A stretch of DNA of 63,346 nt, the filler included, from Octopus bimaculoides (taxonomy: Eukaryota), in NCBI RefSeq assembly GCF_001194135.2. It is 5 parts of 5 records of this genome, joined end to end, with 100 filler letters (N's around TTAATTAATTAA, not from the genome) between each part and the next. Parts side by side here need not be neighbours in the genome. Positions count along the whole stretch, not along the records: positions 28,966 to 49,728 come from NC_068992.1; positions 49,829 to 58,812 come from NC_068989.1; 3 more parts are not named here. One strand, given 5' to 3'. Below, piece after piece: positions 39,330 to 51,734 of this stretch (positions are counted from its first letter, which is position 1; the number at the start of each line of letters is the position of its first letter). A program made the position numbers and the translations under genes. The notes below the pieces were generated by a model that saw only the letters and a list, made by a program, of their open reading frames with translations, did no database searches and had not been told where the DNA came from.

Positions 39330-39895
39330 ACAAGATATACATATGAGTGCAAACTGGGTCACTCTGCTGCAGAAGCTCCATGGAATATCAAGTGGGCCTT
39401 TGGTAATGGTTTTGTTGACATCAGAACTGTTCAGAGATGGTTCCAAAGCTCTTGTTCAGGAGATGAAAGCCTTGAAAATAAACCAAGGGGTAGGCCAAAA
39501 TCAGTTATTCGGCATGATGGATTAAATTAATTAACTGAATGAGACTAATAAAAACAGATGCCTCGAAGTGTGCTCCTTATTGCTTTCTTGGCTGGAAAAA
39601 GACCATTTTTGCATCAAATCATTACTTGTGATGAGAAATGGATACTCTTTGACAACAGCACTACCCAAACCCACCATTGCATCCTAAAAGGTTAGTGGTC
39701 ACTGTATGGTGATCTGTGAAGGGAGTTATTCAATATTCATTTTTGCAACAAGGTAAAACAGTAACAGCAACATCTTACTGCCAGGAAATTGATTGTATGC
39801 ATGAGAATTTGAAAAAGAAGCAACCCAGACTAGTGAATAGAGATGGCCCAATTTTGCTCCATGAAAATGCCCGTTCTCACACACCTCAAGCTACG
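39330..39895 (+). mobile_element. Mariner (Mos1/Hsmar-like) transposase remnant
   Basis: YECKLGHSAAEA..NI..AFG...RTVQRWF...SGDESLENKPRGRP; IITCDEKWILFDN; GVIQYSFL..GKTVTA..YC.E....PILLHENARSH. Confidence 0.88.
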
Positions 39896-40895
39896 TAGTA
39901 ACCTGCACATTATTCCTACCAGGAATAAGACCAGACTTGAGCCAAACCAAAATAATAAAAATAATTATAATAATGGTTTCAAATTTTGGCACAAGGCCAA
40001 TGAGTTTGGGAAAGGGGCTATGTTGATTACATCAACCCCAGTGTTCTCCTGGTACTGGATGGAATTTGAACTCAGAACATAAAGACATAAAATGCTACTA
40101 AACATTTTGCCCAGCATTCTAACAATTCTGCCAGCTCACTACTTAATAATAAAAATAATAATAATGGTTTCAAATTTTGGTACTAATTTTGGACTAATTT
40201 CTACTATTTTCATATCCTTCCTTTTATTTTCAATTAAAATAAAATTACCCAATTGTTGCTGTTGTTTAACCCTATGTTAGCCCCAATTGAGACACAGTTA
40301 TAAGCAAAGAATTTCCACAGCCATGTTTTTTCTCTAATTTATTTTCTAGATAAGAATACATTTAGGACCATATCATTTATGTCCTTGCTTTTAGTTTTTT
40401 TAAATGCAAGGCAGTCATTTTAGAGACATGTAGCTGACATATCTAACAAGTTGGGCTGCTGTGTAGAGGTCCCTTCATAGACTTGAAAATTACCCTGTAA
40501 ATATAAAGTGAATTTGTAGTGATTAAGTGAAAAGTATTTTGTATTTTCAGAGTCAAAAGATTAACTTGGGATTATGAACGGTATATATTGATTATAATAG
40601 CAACTAAGAGATGCTAATGTAAATAAAGAGTAACATTAAAAAATAATAGTTACTTTAATTCTACTATTGTCATCTGATTAGATATAATCCAGTAATGAGT
40701 TTTTTTCTAGAGTGGATAATCCATAAATAACTAAAGCTAGCATTCTTAATCCATAATCTTATAACTATTCTAGTGGTTCATCATACTACTCTTTCTTGCC
40801 ACAGAGACTGAAAAAAATAGATATACAAACTCTGAAAATAATTTGGCAACAAATTTATAGCTGTAACAGTTTGTTGTTGAAGCAGTACATACAGG

Positions 40896-41035
40896 ATGAA
40901 TAAACTACAAGGTAAAAAGAAGGATGAAGAAGAAGAAGAAAGAGAAATTCCCATCGAGACAATGCATACTATTGTCAAACAACATAAGGATCAACTTGCA
41001 CTTCAAGTCATGAAAGTCTCAGAGTCAATCAAACT
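40896..41035 (+). CDS. GNG-like: Heterotrimeric G-protein gamma subunit, coding exon 1 (MNKLQGKKKDEEEEEREIPIETMHTIVKQHKDQLALQVMKVSESIK-L)
   Basis: ATG preceded by an in-frame TGA at 40878. Contains the KVSES motif of the G-gamma helix. Donor CT|GTAAGT, phase 2. A strong upstream acceptor at 40803-40804 suggests a non-coding first exon. Confidence 0.88.
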
Positions 41036-41241
41036 GTAAGTTGTTATGGTAGTTATTAGTAAAAAAAAGTGTTTCTTAACATGTATATAAGTATTAATAT
41101 ACTTACATACACGTATGCATGCATATATACATGTGCACATATATATATATATTTGGCATAGAGCAAATGTCTACGGTTGTTAAAGAATTTTTTTTGTCTT
41201 CTCCTTTTCATTGTATATATATATATAAATATTCTCCTTTT

Positions 41242-41290
<49 letters not shown>

Positions 41291-41394
41291 TTCAACTTAC
41301 AATGAAAGTAAACAAAGTTTGCTTTAGAAGCATTGAGAAATAATTTATTCTCAAACGCATGATAATGCTAATGCAATAGCATGAACAGGATAAA

Positions 41395-41500
41395 CAATCC
41401 ATATATTGCAGAAAAATTCGTTACCAGCCAGCCATGAGACGTGAACTCACATCCCTGTGATTATGCGTTAAGTGTTTTACCTTTAAGCTAAACTGCCCAG
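41395..41500 (-). mobile_element. Isolated tRNA-like SINE head
   Basis: Minus strand gggcagtttagcttaaaggtaaaacac...gtgagttcacgtctc has A- and B-box-like motifs but no 3' acceptor stem or CCA. Confidence 0.5.
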
Positions 41501-41596
41501 TAACGAATTGTTCTGCAATTTTAGGATTTATAAATCTAGCTTTATAAGATGCTAATACTATTCTTATAAGATGCTAATACTATTCTTGTCAGAGGG

Positions 41597-43010
41597 TGTT
41601 GTAGTCTCACCACAACATCTCCCCTTTTGAGATTTTGAGTTCCGAAGGAATGAAGAAATTTTATCTATTGCTATTATTTTTGGGTGTCTTTTTTGCTTGG
41701 GCCTTATTTCAAGGTGTTCAGTCAGCTTCCGTTTCCTATGCTGGTTCTATGGGACTCCATTACTTTCAGTGCTGGGACATCGAATACAGAAAAAAATACT
41801 TCCATAGGAATTTCTCTCCGTTCTTTGGTATGTCTCTTCTTTAGTTGATTTATGGATCTCTTATGTTCCTGGTGTGGTCATTTTTGGTTTCAAGGCCATC
41901 CTCCCAGTCTTCTTTACCATTTCTGCAGGTTTTAAAAAGCACTTTATCACCTACTTCAAAACATTTTCTTATCAATAACTTATCAAAAATCGATTTTATT
42001 CTTCTCGCAAACATCAACTTTGTGGGTGACTTTCCTGAATTTGTACTTGGATTGGGGGTTACTCTATATACCGTTAAGAATTTTTTTAGTGCTTTGTTGT
42101 TACTGAATTTGTTCCTAGCTTTTCTTAACTCTCTTTTGAACGTGTCCACAAATCTTTCTACCTACCCATTTAACCTTGGGTAGTAGGGTGGAGTGAAAAT
42201 ATGCTTTATTGCATGCATTTTATAGAAGTTCTTGAAATCATACCTCAAGAATTGTGTTCCATTATCACCAGTCCAGCATAATCGATGTGTATGGGTTCTT
42301 AATCTCTGGCCATAGTTGATATTTTGCTAGTGGGGCTTAAGCCACACGTGTGCAACTGCGACAAGTTTTCAATATTCCGGTCCATAGTTGGCCAATAGAC
42401 GTGGCTCTTTATTGGAGCTTTCATCCTCAACATTCCTGGGTGTCTGCTGCGGAATTACTGCAATACACGGTTTTTGTAATGTAGTCGGTACTACAGCTCT
42501 TTGTGCATACATCAGAATATTGTCGCTTATTGAGAAACTCCTTGAATTAGTAATTTTATTCTGCTTATTTTTTAAAGCTTCTTTCATTTTTGTAATATAC
42601 TCATTGCCTACAGATTTCATTCTTATATCCTGTGCAGTCACTGGGAGTTCTTGGATAACATTTGTCATAATACTTTTTATTTCATTTTCTGCCTGCAGTG
42701 CAGCTATCATGGTATTTTCTTGTGGCTCTGTACATTTGGGAAATAGTCTCAATAGACAGTCCGCATGACCAATATTTTCAATAGAATATACTGCATTTTG
42801 AAATTGTAATTTAGTAATATTATTCTCCCAGATTAGAGTTGGTTTGCTGTATGGGTAGGTAACCCTTTCTTTGACCCATAAATTGATAGCAATGGTTGAT
42901 GATCTGTTTGTAATAGAAAACTTCTACTATGTAGAAACCTGTGGATTTTTTTTTACAGCGAAGATAATCGATGGGGCTTTTTCTATCTGACTGTAATTTT
43001 TCTCAGCTTC
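41597..43010 (-). mobile_element. Ty3/Gypsy LTR retrotransposon remnant (RNase H to integrase, PPT, LTR start), antisense in the G-gamma intron
   Basis: NYSQIEK...TDHQPLLSIYGSKKGLPTHTAN (RNase H) and TPPYYPRLNG.VERFVDTFKR...FLTVYRVTP...KSPTKLMFAR (integrase). PPT AAAAGGGGAGA at 41618-41628 is followed by TGTTG. Contains frameshifts. Confidence 0.9.
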
Positions 43011-43439
43011 TATCAGCAAACATAAATCACTGGTTTTGTACTTCCATCTTTATACTTTTATTTGTATCATTCATTTGACTGTGGCCATACTGGAGCACCA
43101 CCTTTAGTCAAACAAATCAACCCTAGGACTTATTCTTTGTAAGCCTAGTACTTATTCTATCGGTCTCTTTTGCCGAACTGCTAAGTTACAGAGACGTGTT
43201 TAGTTCTGATGGCCTTTCATAACTGTCTCAGCAAATTAACATAGTACTCTCCATGTATGTGTGAAAATCTGTTAATATGAATGGTATGCATGTGTGATCT
43301 TTTCTGTGATGCAATTTATACACTATGTATGGGGAAGAATGATACTGTTTGTCTGTATATATGTATAAATGTGTGAAAACCTGCTTATATGAAAGGTGTA
43401 CACACATATATGCATGTGTCTAGGAATTTAAGTGTGTGT

Positions 43440-43585
43440 GTATTCTAGAACAGAAATTGTTTAGAGCTTATGTGTTTTTCTTTCCTGCATATGAAATGAT
43501 CTTGGCCTTATTTGAAGCTGGTAGGGAGGGATGTTTGCACGACATGTATTGTCCATTTGTCTCTGGCTCAAAGTAATAAAGCCAA
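43440..43585 (-). mobile_element. Mariner transposase fragment
   Basis: DSWLYYFEPETNGQYMSCKHPSLP..NKAK. A second, + strand fragment QLEHLNQALKKKRPALVNRKGVMFHH lies at ~44115-44195. Confidence 0.75.
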
Positions 43586-43649
43586 GAATCTGCCTCAAGC
43601 AATGTCAGATTTTCCTGTGATGTGATCAGATGATCTTGGCAAATGGGGC

Positions 43650-43898
43650 AAATATGGCACACCCTACATAGGAAGCACAATAAGAAAACTGCATATATGC
43701 ATTAAGGAACACATGCAGGCAGACACTTCCATGAAGAAACATCTACGGAAATGCCAGACCTGGGAATTCACAGTGCACATCAAGGCAACACAGCAGAAGA
43801 GGGGCAACCTTAGAATCTCTGAGGCCATCCTCATACATCAAAAGAAACCTAAGATCAACAACAGAAGAGAATCACAGGAAGCTAGCTGGTTGCTATAG
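43650..43898 (+). mobile_element. GIY-YIG endonuclease C-terminal fragment, Penelope-like
   Basis: Stop-free frame KYGTPYIGSTIRKLHICIKEH...LRISEAILIHQKKPKINNR matches the YIG-T-R-L..R..EH / EA..I....P..N pattern. Confidence 0.78.
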
Positions 43899-44369
43899 CA
43901 ACACCTTTCCACACATGTCCACTCTACACACACTCACACACATGCACATCAACAACATTCATTAATTTCTTGAAAATGGGGTCATAAATATTGAATACAA
44001 AGTAAGTCTACATTAATACACAGCCTTGGTTTTTTATCTCATTACGAAAAGTAAATCCTTGACCCCTTATTTGCATAATCACCGAACCTGGAGCACCAAT
44101 CAATGCTCTACTGTCAGCAATTAGAGCATTTGAACCAAGCTTTGAAGAAAAAAAGACCTGCTTTAGTGAATCGAAAAGGAGTGATGTTTCATCATGTTTT
44201 TGACTTTTTTTAGTCAACAGAGACAGACTGCCATCAGTCTATTTTAAGGACCATGTGGTGATAACTATTTTTATTATAAACAATCTTTCTTTAATATTAA
44301 ATATTGTAGGACAGCTTTGTGCCAGAGTCTTAAGTCTTCATTAGTTAATAATTATTTTCTATTTTTCAG

Positions 44370-44484
44370 GCACATTACAGCTATTGAAGAAAAGATGCCT
44401 ACAGATCACATGCTTAAGCCGCAAAAACCGAATCCATGGGTAGAAGACCAATCAAAAGGTGGTGGGGGATGTCTCTTAGTGTAA
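44370..44484 (+). CDS. GNG-like: G-protein gamma subunit, coding exon 2 (HITAIEEKMPTDHMLKPQKPNPWVEDQSKGGGGCLLV*)
   Basis: ttttctatttttcAG|G, phase 2, completing CT+G = Leu. NPW motif, C-terminal CaaX (CLLV), TAA at 44482-44484. AATAAA at 44686 and 44778. The spliced product is 84 aa. Confidence 0.9.
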
Positions 44485-46359
44485 AAAAAATCTGTCTACA
44501 AAATATCAAATTTACCAATTTGTGCACGAAAAGGTTAGTTTTCTAGTCTTTGGCCATAGTTTGGTGAGTTAGTATATTCAAGAGTCAAAATATTCAATTT
44601 TGTTTTGCTAAGTTACCTGTTTTGAAATTGAATTTTTTGAAAAGTATCTTCTGTATTAAAACAGCTTTCAAAAACATGTAATTAGAATAAAATATTTCTA
44701 AAAATATTACCTGCTATTAAGCAACTAACAAAAATACAACCCAATGATTGTTAATGCATATCTATGTGTTTTTGTGTAATAAAATAATTTAACACTAGTA
44801 TTGATTTTTACAAGTGACTTTAAAGCATTTATTGTTCAATTATCAGGACAACTTATGTAACTATAATGGTTCTATATACAAATAGAGAAGCATTATAATA
44901 ATATAAACTGCAAAACAACCATTTTTCAATTCAACTAGAATGTTTGTCAGTTTTATAAAATTTAAAAACAATTTTCAAAATATAAAAGCAAAATTAGTTT
45001 TAGATATATAAAATGATTTTTTTAGTCCATTTGAAAAAAATTTAACTCATGATTCCTGTTGTATTGGTTCCAGTCCACTTAAACTGAACTTGTAACTTAA
45101 GACCTTATCTTTATTGTGATATCAAAAAGTAAACTTCTTTTAAAAAGATTTCAAAGGATGATGAGCAAATAAACTTTGAAAGTTTGGCATCAGATAAGAA
45201 CCCAAGGTACTTAGTCGTAGTGTTCCCTTTTCAAGAAGGCTTCACTAAAATATTCTCTTCCAGCAAACTTAGCTAAATTTTTAAACTTCACTGAGATATG
45301 AAGTTGTAAGATTCCACATTTCTTGATAATCAAAGTTAATGTAAATATTATTAAGAGAATATTAAATATTGCATTCAAATCAACCAATCAAAGAGTCAGA
45401 TAAGGAAAAACTAATAAAAAAAGATTGATTCCTAAACACTAATAATTGAGATAAAAGAGCCTTGATATCTGTAAATTTTAAGAACAAATTTATTATTTCA
45501 GCAAAAATAATTTCTAAGCTAGAGATTCAACATCTTTATCAACAATTTAACATTGTTCTGACCATGCCAATAAACCCAATTTACACAAACATTCTCAGAT
45601 TGAATTTCTAGTCAGTTTGCAGTGCTTTGATGGATATTTATAACTTCAATGATAATTTCTTGACTTAGGACCATTAAGATGCAATGTAATAAAGTTAATT
45701 TACATTCATTAAGATACATAATTTGGTAATTGATTAAGGGTAACATAGTCAATGTTTGCTGTATGGATAACTGTGACAACAGCTTCAAGAAGAAAGCCAA
45801 GCTAGTAGTACTTTTGAACAAGAATGATTATCAGCAATGTGTGATGTAAAGACTGCTATTTTAGAGGTAGACATGCAGATAGGCTGTCAGTGAGGAAAGA
45901 GTCATTTAGAAAAATACAAGTGCAAAATTAATGTAAATGTCAAACTTTTGAAGCTGTGTGATTACTTCAGAGTATCACTGTTAGTATTGGGTTAAGTCAG
46001 CCTAATGGGTTGGCAGAAGAGCATTGGAATTACAGTGACAATATTCTAAAAAGGAAGAAATGCTTCTGGCCTTGAACTGAGAAAAAAAAAGTGTTACCAT
46101 CCTGGAAATGCAAATATAAGCTGGAAAATAGGAAGGCAATAAAAATAAAAAGTTAGGCATTAACTCTCCTGCCAGTCACACACACACACACACACAGCCA
46201 TAAGAATATCATTTATTGGGCTTAACACTGCTGCTAATTTATTGATTGATCAGTTGCAGGATTTAAGACACAGTGTAACAATGAAAACCAATGTTCCTAC
46301 AATTATGTACACCATTTTCCAAGAGTAAGGAACTCGTATATTTGAATTTTCTTGGGTAT

Positions 46360-47609
46360 GCCCACTTCCAATTTCTTCAATATATTCAAAGAAATTCTCT
46401 TGATTTTCACTTTTGAAATTAGTCAGAAAGCATTTATGAGCATGTTGACAACCAGAATGTACTTCCAGAGCGACAGGAAGGCTAAAGGAATGCACGATCT
46501 ATTATACAGAGAGAAAATAATTCTAAAAGAAGTGAGATCTAGAAAGAAAAATTTAACAATAGCATGGATAGATTATAAGAAAACCTATAACATGATACCA
46601 CATTCATGGATATGTGAATGAGTATATTCAGTACTTCCAACAACATAAGAAATTTAATTAGTTATAGCCTGAAGAAATGGAAAGTAAATCTTACTCAGGT
46701 GATACAGCCAAAGGGAAAAGTTAATATCAAGAGGAAAAAATTAACCATTTGCTCTGGATGATCTGAAGCTTTTTAGTAAGAATAAAAAAGAGATAAATCC
46801 TTTAGTACAAACTGTAAAACTCTTCAGCAAAGATGTGAGTATGGAATTTGGTGGCATAGGGTAATCATTGTGCAATATTAGTCACCCCCCCCCCCAAAGC
46901 AAGATTATCTGATTGGTAAAAGGAGGCTTTGCATAGTAGATTTCCAAACATAGTTGCAGAAAATAGTAATAGTGAGGTATGGTTGAGGTTGCAGAAAGGA
47001 AGGCTGACATAAAGTGTATTATCAGGTACTGAAGACTAACTAAATAAAAACGAAGATAGACAAATTCCCAATAAAGATCATGTAAAACAAATGAAGAAAG
47101 TGTTACTCACATATTTAGTGAATGTAGTATACTGGCACAGAAAGAATACAAGAAAAGACATGACAACCTACAGTGAATGATCCACTGGGAGTTATGTAGA
47201 AAGCTAGGATTTGACCATACTGATAAGTGGCATGAACATGAACCTAGTAAAATGCTACAAAGTAAGAAATATAAGACAGTGTGAGATTTTAACATTCAGA
47301 CTGATAGAGTAATCGGGGCTAGAAGGCCTGATTTAGTTGTAGTAAACAAAGGGAATAGAAAATGCCAGGTAATTGATTTTACAGTCCCAAATGATGAGAA
47401 AGTCAATATAAGAAGTATAAGGAAAATAGCCAAGTACCAAGACCTGGCCATTGAGTTACAGAGGCTATGGAAAGTGTGCATAAAATGCATCTCTGTAGTT
47501 ATAGGTGCATTAAAAACTATTCCTAAAATTCTGAACAGATGGACAGAGAACACAATATCTTCACTCTACAACCTCACAATATTGGATGTTGTGCACAATA
47601 TTGGATACT

Positions 47610-47643
<34 letters not shown>

Positions 47644-47645
47644 AA
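46360..47645 (+). mobile_element. R4/Dong-type LINE (restriction-like endonuclease), deleted and degenerate, with (AAT)n tail
   Basis: AWIDYKKTYNMIPHSWI and INHLL.MD.L (RT); IHWELCRKLG...DFNIQTDRVIGARRPDLVVVNK...QVIDF.VP...KIAKYQDLAIEL..LW...VVIGAL (RLE). Tail (AAT)n at ~47613-47645. Confidence 0.88.
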
Positions 47646-47719
47646 TAATCCTTTCTACTAAAAGATGATGAAGTGAGGAGGAGGATTATTGTTTGGAAAG
47701 AGAACGTCCTTCCAATAAG

Positions 47720-48830
47720 ACTTCAGGAAGAACAATTTCTGACATTTTCTCTCTCACTTCACTTTAGGCTTTTTGGATACACTTTAGATACTTTATCAGG
47801 ATGATGTTTTTCTACAAATTCAGAATCATATTATCACTTTGACAACACTGCCTTTATATCACTCGTATAGAGATAGCCTTCTCCACTACAATGTCTTCCT
47901 CCAGGAAACCAGTCTCTTCCATCACATCCAAATGCTGCAGGAATTCATCTGTCATAAGTTCCTCTGAGTGTACCTCGACAAGATTGTTAATGTCCCCATT
48001 GTCAACCTTGAGGCCCATAGACTTGCCAAGAGACACTATCTCCTTGACTACAGGTGTCTCAGACTCAAACCCCTCAAAGTTCTCTTTCAGATATGCAGTC
48101 AGGCCACAGCTTCCACCCTGCAGAATTCAGCATTCTCCTTGTTACACCCTGCCAGGCCATATCAATGATTTTTAGGCAGTTAACAATGTTGTAGTGCTCC
48201 TTCTAAAATTCATGATGGATTAGATTTGTATTTTTGGTGACTTCAAAGCACTAATAAAACAAGTGTTTGGAGTACAATTTCTTAAAATTAAAAATCACTC
48301 ATTAGTCCATGGTCTGCAAGACAAGGGTGGTGTTATGTACAGAACTTTTATGAATTTAAATTTGTCCAGGATATCATCTTCAAGATTAGGAGGGGTGAGC
48401 AAGAGCATTGTCGTGGATGAAGAGAACCTTGAGAGGAAGATCGTTCTCCAGAAGGTACTTTTCCACTGCTGGTCTGAAGACAAGTTTGATCCACTCGGTG
48501 ACCCTGACCTTAACATTTGCACTCCACATAACCTGCGGCTTTCCTTCAGGGTTTTTGAAATGGTAGACAAGGAACAGCTTAATCTTCAAGTCTCCACTTG
48601 CATTGACGCAAAGGGTGTATTTTCCCATGCAATTTTTCTTTTCTTACCCAGTAGCAATTTGTTGAAGACTGATTTTATTTTCGTTGCAAACACCTGCTCC
48701 GATGGTGACATACCTGCTGATATATTTGGATTTGGTGCCACACAATATACTCTTAAGAATTGTTGTAAAACTATCTCATCCGTGACTTCCTTAGGGCTCT
48801 CTTAAACGTATCAACAATGTGTCATATTTG
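47720..48830 (-). mobile_element. Tigger/pogo-family (DDE_1) transposase remnant
   Basis: LCVNASGDLKIKLFLVYHFKNP...VMWSANVK...EWIKLVFRPAVEKYLLENDLPLKVLFIHDNALAHP and SLGKSMGLKVDNGDINNLVEVHSEELMTDE. Confidence 0.88.
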
Positions 48831-49728
48831 TGAGGAAATATCATCCCCACTCCTATTTTCAAATAGTTTTTGCTGTTTCTTTCTTTACCCATATTTTTAG
48901 ATAACATTTTGCAGAAATACATTTTCAAGAGAGTGTGGATTACATTAGATTGAAAATTCAAAGAAGTTTGAAATGAATAAGTGAAAATGCAGAGGTTATA
49001 GAAATTAGTGATAACGAAGTGTGTGGAGAGATAAAGAATGATGAATAATTCATCTAAAAAAAAAACACATTAGAGTTTGTGTATGTGCGTAAAAACAAGT
49101 AAAAGTATGATATTAAAACAAAATATCTTCTTCCTACCTCTTAAAATCACTGGATATAATATATATACAATATACAATAATCCCACATTGCAGGATAGAT
49201 TTGAAAAACTACAATTTTTATTCTTTTGGAATGAACACAAACATAGGTGCTGAGACAGTGACTAAACTTGTAGTGTTTTGTAGGGATTACTCCAATGAAT
49301 TGACAGTAAAGTAATTGCTTCTATCAGAATTGTTTACCTTTAAAGCGGAAAAAAAAGAAAAACCAACGTATATGACAGGTATGTAAAGTATATTTTGTGT
49401 ACTTCTTTCTCTGTTCATTCAGATAAGCTGTACATATGCATGCACACACAAACACAAAAGTTCTCCAGACATTTAGCTGTTATTTTTAGCATATCGAGTT
49501 TTGTGGAGAGGGCTTCACTTTCAAAACAACCGTTCATTTTTCACATTTCGACAGCGGGATAGCTGGGGGATTTGGGGCTGGAGTTTTTCATAAAAAATTT
49601 GAAATTAAAATTTGAATTTTCTATTTATTTTTTCCATATTCTTAATCTCCATATTTTCCCATGTAGATTGATGGGGAGAAAAAAAAAAATCAACAAAAAT
49701 TTTTTTAATGTTTAAAAAAGAAAATAAA

Positions 49729-49828
49729 NNNNNNNNNNNNNNNNNNNNNNNNNNNNNNNNNNNNNNNNNNNNTTAATTAATTAANNNNNNNNNNNNNNNN
49801 NNNNNNNNNNNNNNNNNNNNNNNNNNNN
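49729..49828. other. Artificial scaffold-joining spacer
   Basis: 44 N + TTAATTAATTAA (49773-49784) + 44 N. Confidence 0.95.
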
Positions 49829-50387
49829 GTTTGATTTTCGTATTGTTGGTTTTTGTCAAACTTTTAAGGCTTTTATCAAATAAACTCAACGTAAAACATG
49901 TTTTCAGGTTCGGCTTGATCTGATGAAATAAATTCAAAAAACAAAGAAAAGAAAAGAATACACATATATATACATATATATATTTCGTATTTATTTTTTT
50001 CCTATCCCTTTCTAAATTTACATGAACTTGAAAAACCTTTACCGATTCTGATGCTATACGATCTGTCATTCTGTGAGCGTTTTTTTTTTTGGGGGGGGGG
50101 ATTCCATGTGAGAAATATACCAATATACCCGAAGAAAATCATCTCGACAGGTGTGCCGTTCCTCTTAGATTCTTGAAATGGTAAAAAATATTTTATACTT
50201 TGACTAAATCACGTAGTCAAATTCGCATGTGTGTGTGTATGTGTGTATGTAAACACATTCACATACACACACACAAACACACACATATATGTATGTGTGT
50301 GTGTGTGTCTGTGTTTGTGTGTTCATACGCATGGTATATGTATAATAATTACATACATATAATTACGTTTGCATGCATTTATGCATA

Positions 50388-50438
<51 letters not shown>

Positions 50439-50523
50439 TTGATATATACAAACTTACCTGTATAGCACATCCCTCTCTGTCGCCCTTTCTTCTTCCTGCC
50501 CTCTCTCTCTCTTTCCTTCTCTC

Positions 50524-50581
<58 letters not shown>

Positions 50582-51734
50582 TAATTTTCTATCTCTCTGA
50601 ATGTAATTAAATAGAACATATTATAGGCTTCAACTAGGAGTAACGCTACTCCCATATGCTGTTGCATTCAGATTTGAATTTAAAGCAACAAAACAAACAC
50701 AAAGAAACAAAGAGAGTAACTAAAAACATAATTTTACTTCCATTTGTTTTCCATTTTGTTTTCTTTTTCTCTCGTCTTTTTTTTTCTGTTTATTCATTTT
50801 ATGTTCCTATTTTCAGTGATTTTTGCTTTGTTTTCTTTAAAATGTGTCTGCAACAGTGTGTACCTGCATTTTATTTGCGTTTATTTCTTGTTCCAATGTT
50901 TTAATTCATAAACATACGAGCGTGTAAAAATTTCTACGATCATACACACTCACAGATACATGCACACATATATGTGCATGTTTATGTATGTATATATGTG
51001 TGTATATACATAATGTGTGTATATATAACATGTATATATATATCTACATGTATGTATATTTATCTTTGTCTTCTGTCCTTTAACCACACCTGAGATATGT
51101 TCGTGTTTTCAATACAAAATGAAGATTTCAAGTGTTTAGTCTTCAACATCAAGCACATATCGGATGTGATAGCATACCGGTTGATGATAGTTTATGATGA
51201 CATTAAAAAATCGATATGGTTCCTATGAATAATTCACTAGGGTTAATACGATTATATCGAAATATTTATTCGTTATTTTGATGTTTTATATATCAGAACG
51301 ATATCCGGGTTTGTGAGAGGGTGGTAAAAATGACGATGTGTTTCGCGATATTTGCTTACCTTCGTTGCATTCCGTTTTCAAATAGTATCCAGCTTTTCCC
51401 TTGCATTTCTCTGGAGTCGCTAAACAGGTACCAGTTATGTATTGAGGCCCGTGTAATCGGCTTTAACTCACCTTTCTACTATAGGCACAAGGCCTGGGAT
51501 TTTGGGGGAGGGGACCAGCCGATTACATCGCCCCCCCCCCCAGTGTTTCACTGGTACTTAATTTATCGACCCCGAAAGGATGAAAGGCAAAGTTGACCCC
51601 GGCATCATTTAAACTCAGAACGTAAAGACAGGTGAAATACCGCTTAAGCATTTTGCCCGGTTTAACGATTCTGCCAGCTCGCCGCTTTCGGCTTTCACTC
51701 ACCACTACTTACAAAGCAGTGATCTGCCCGTATC

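Noticed and set aside
49328-49378. Candidate exon ELFTFKAEKKEKPTYMT (ctatcAG|...ACAG|GTATGT)
   Set aside because: Isolated at a scaffold end, with a weak pyrimidine tract and no partner exon or homology.
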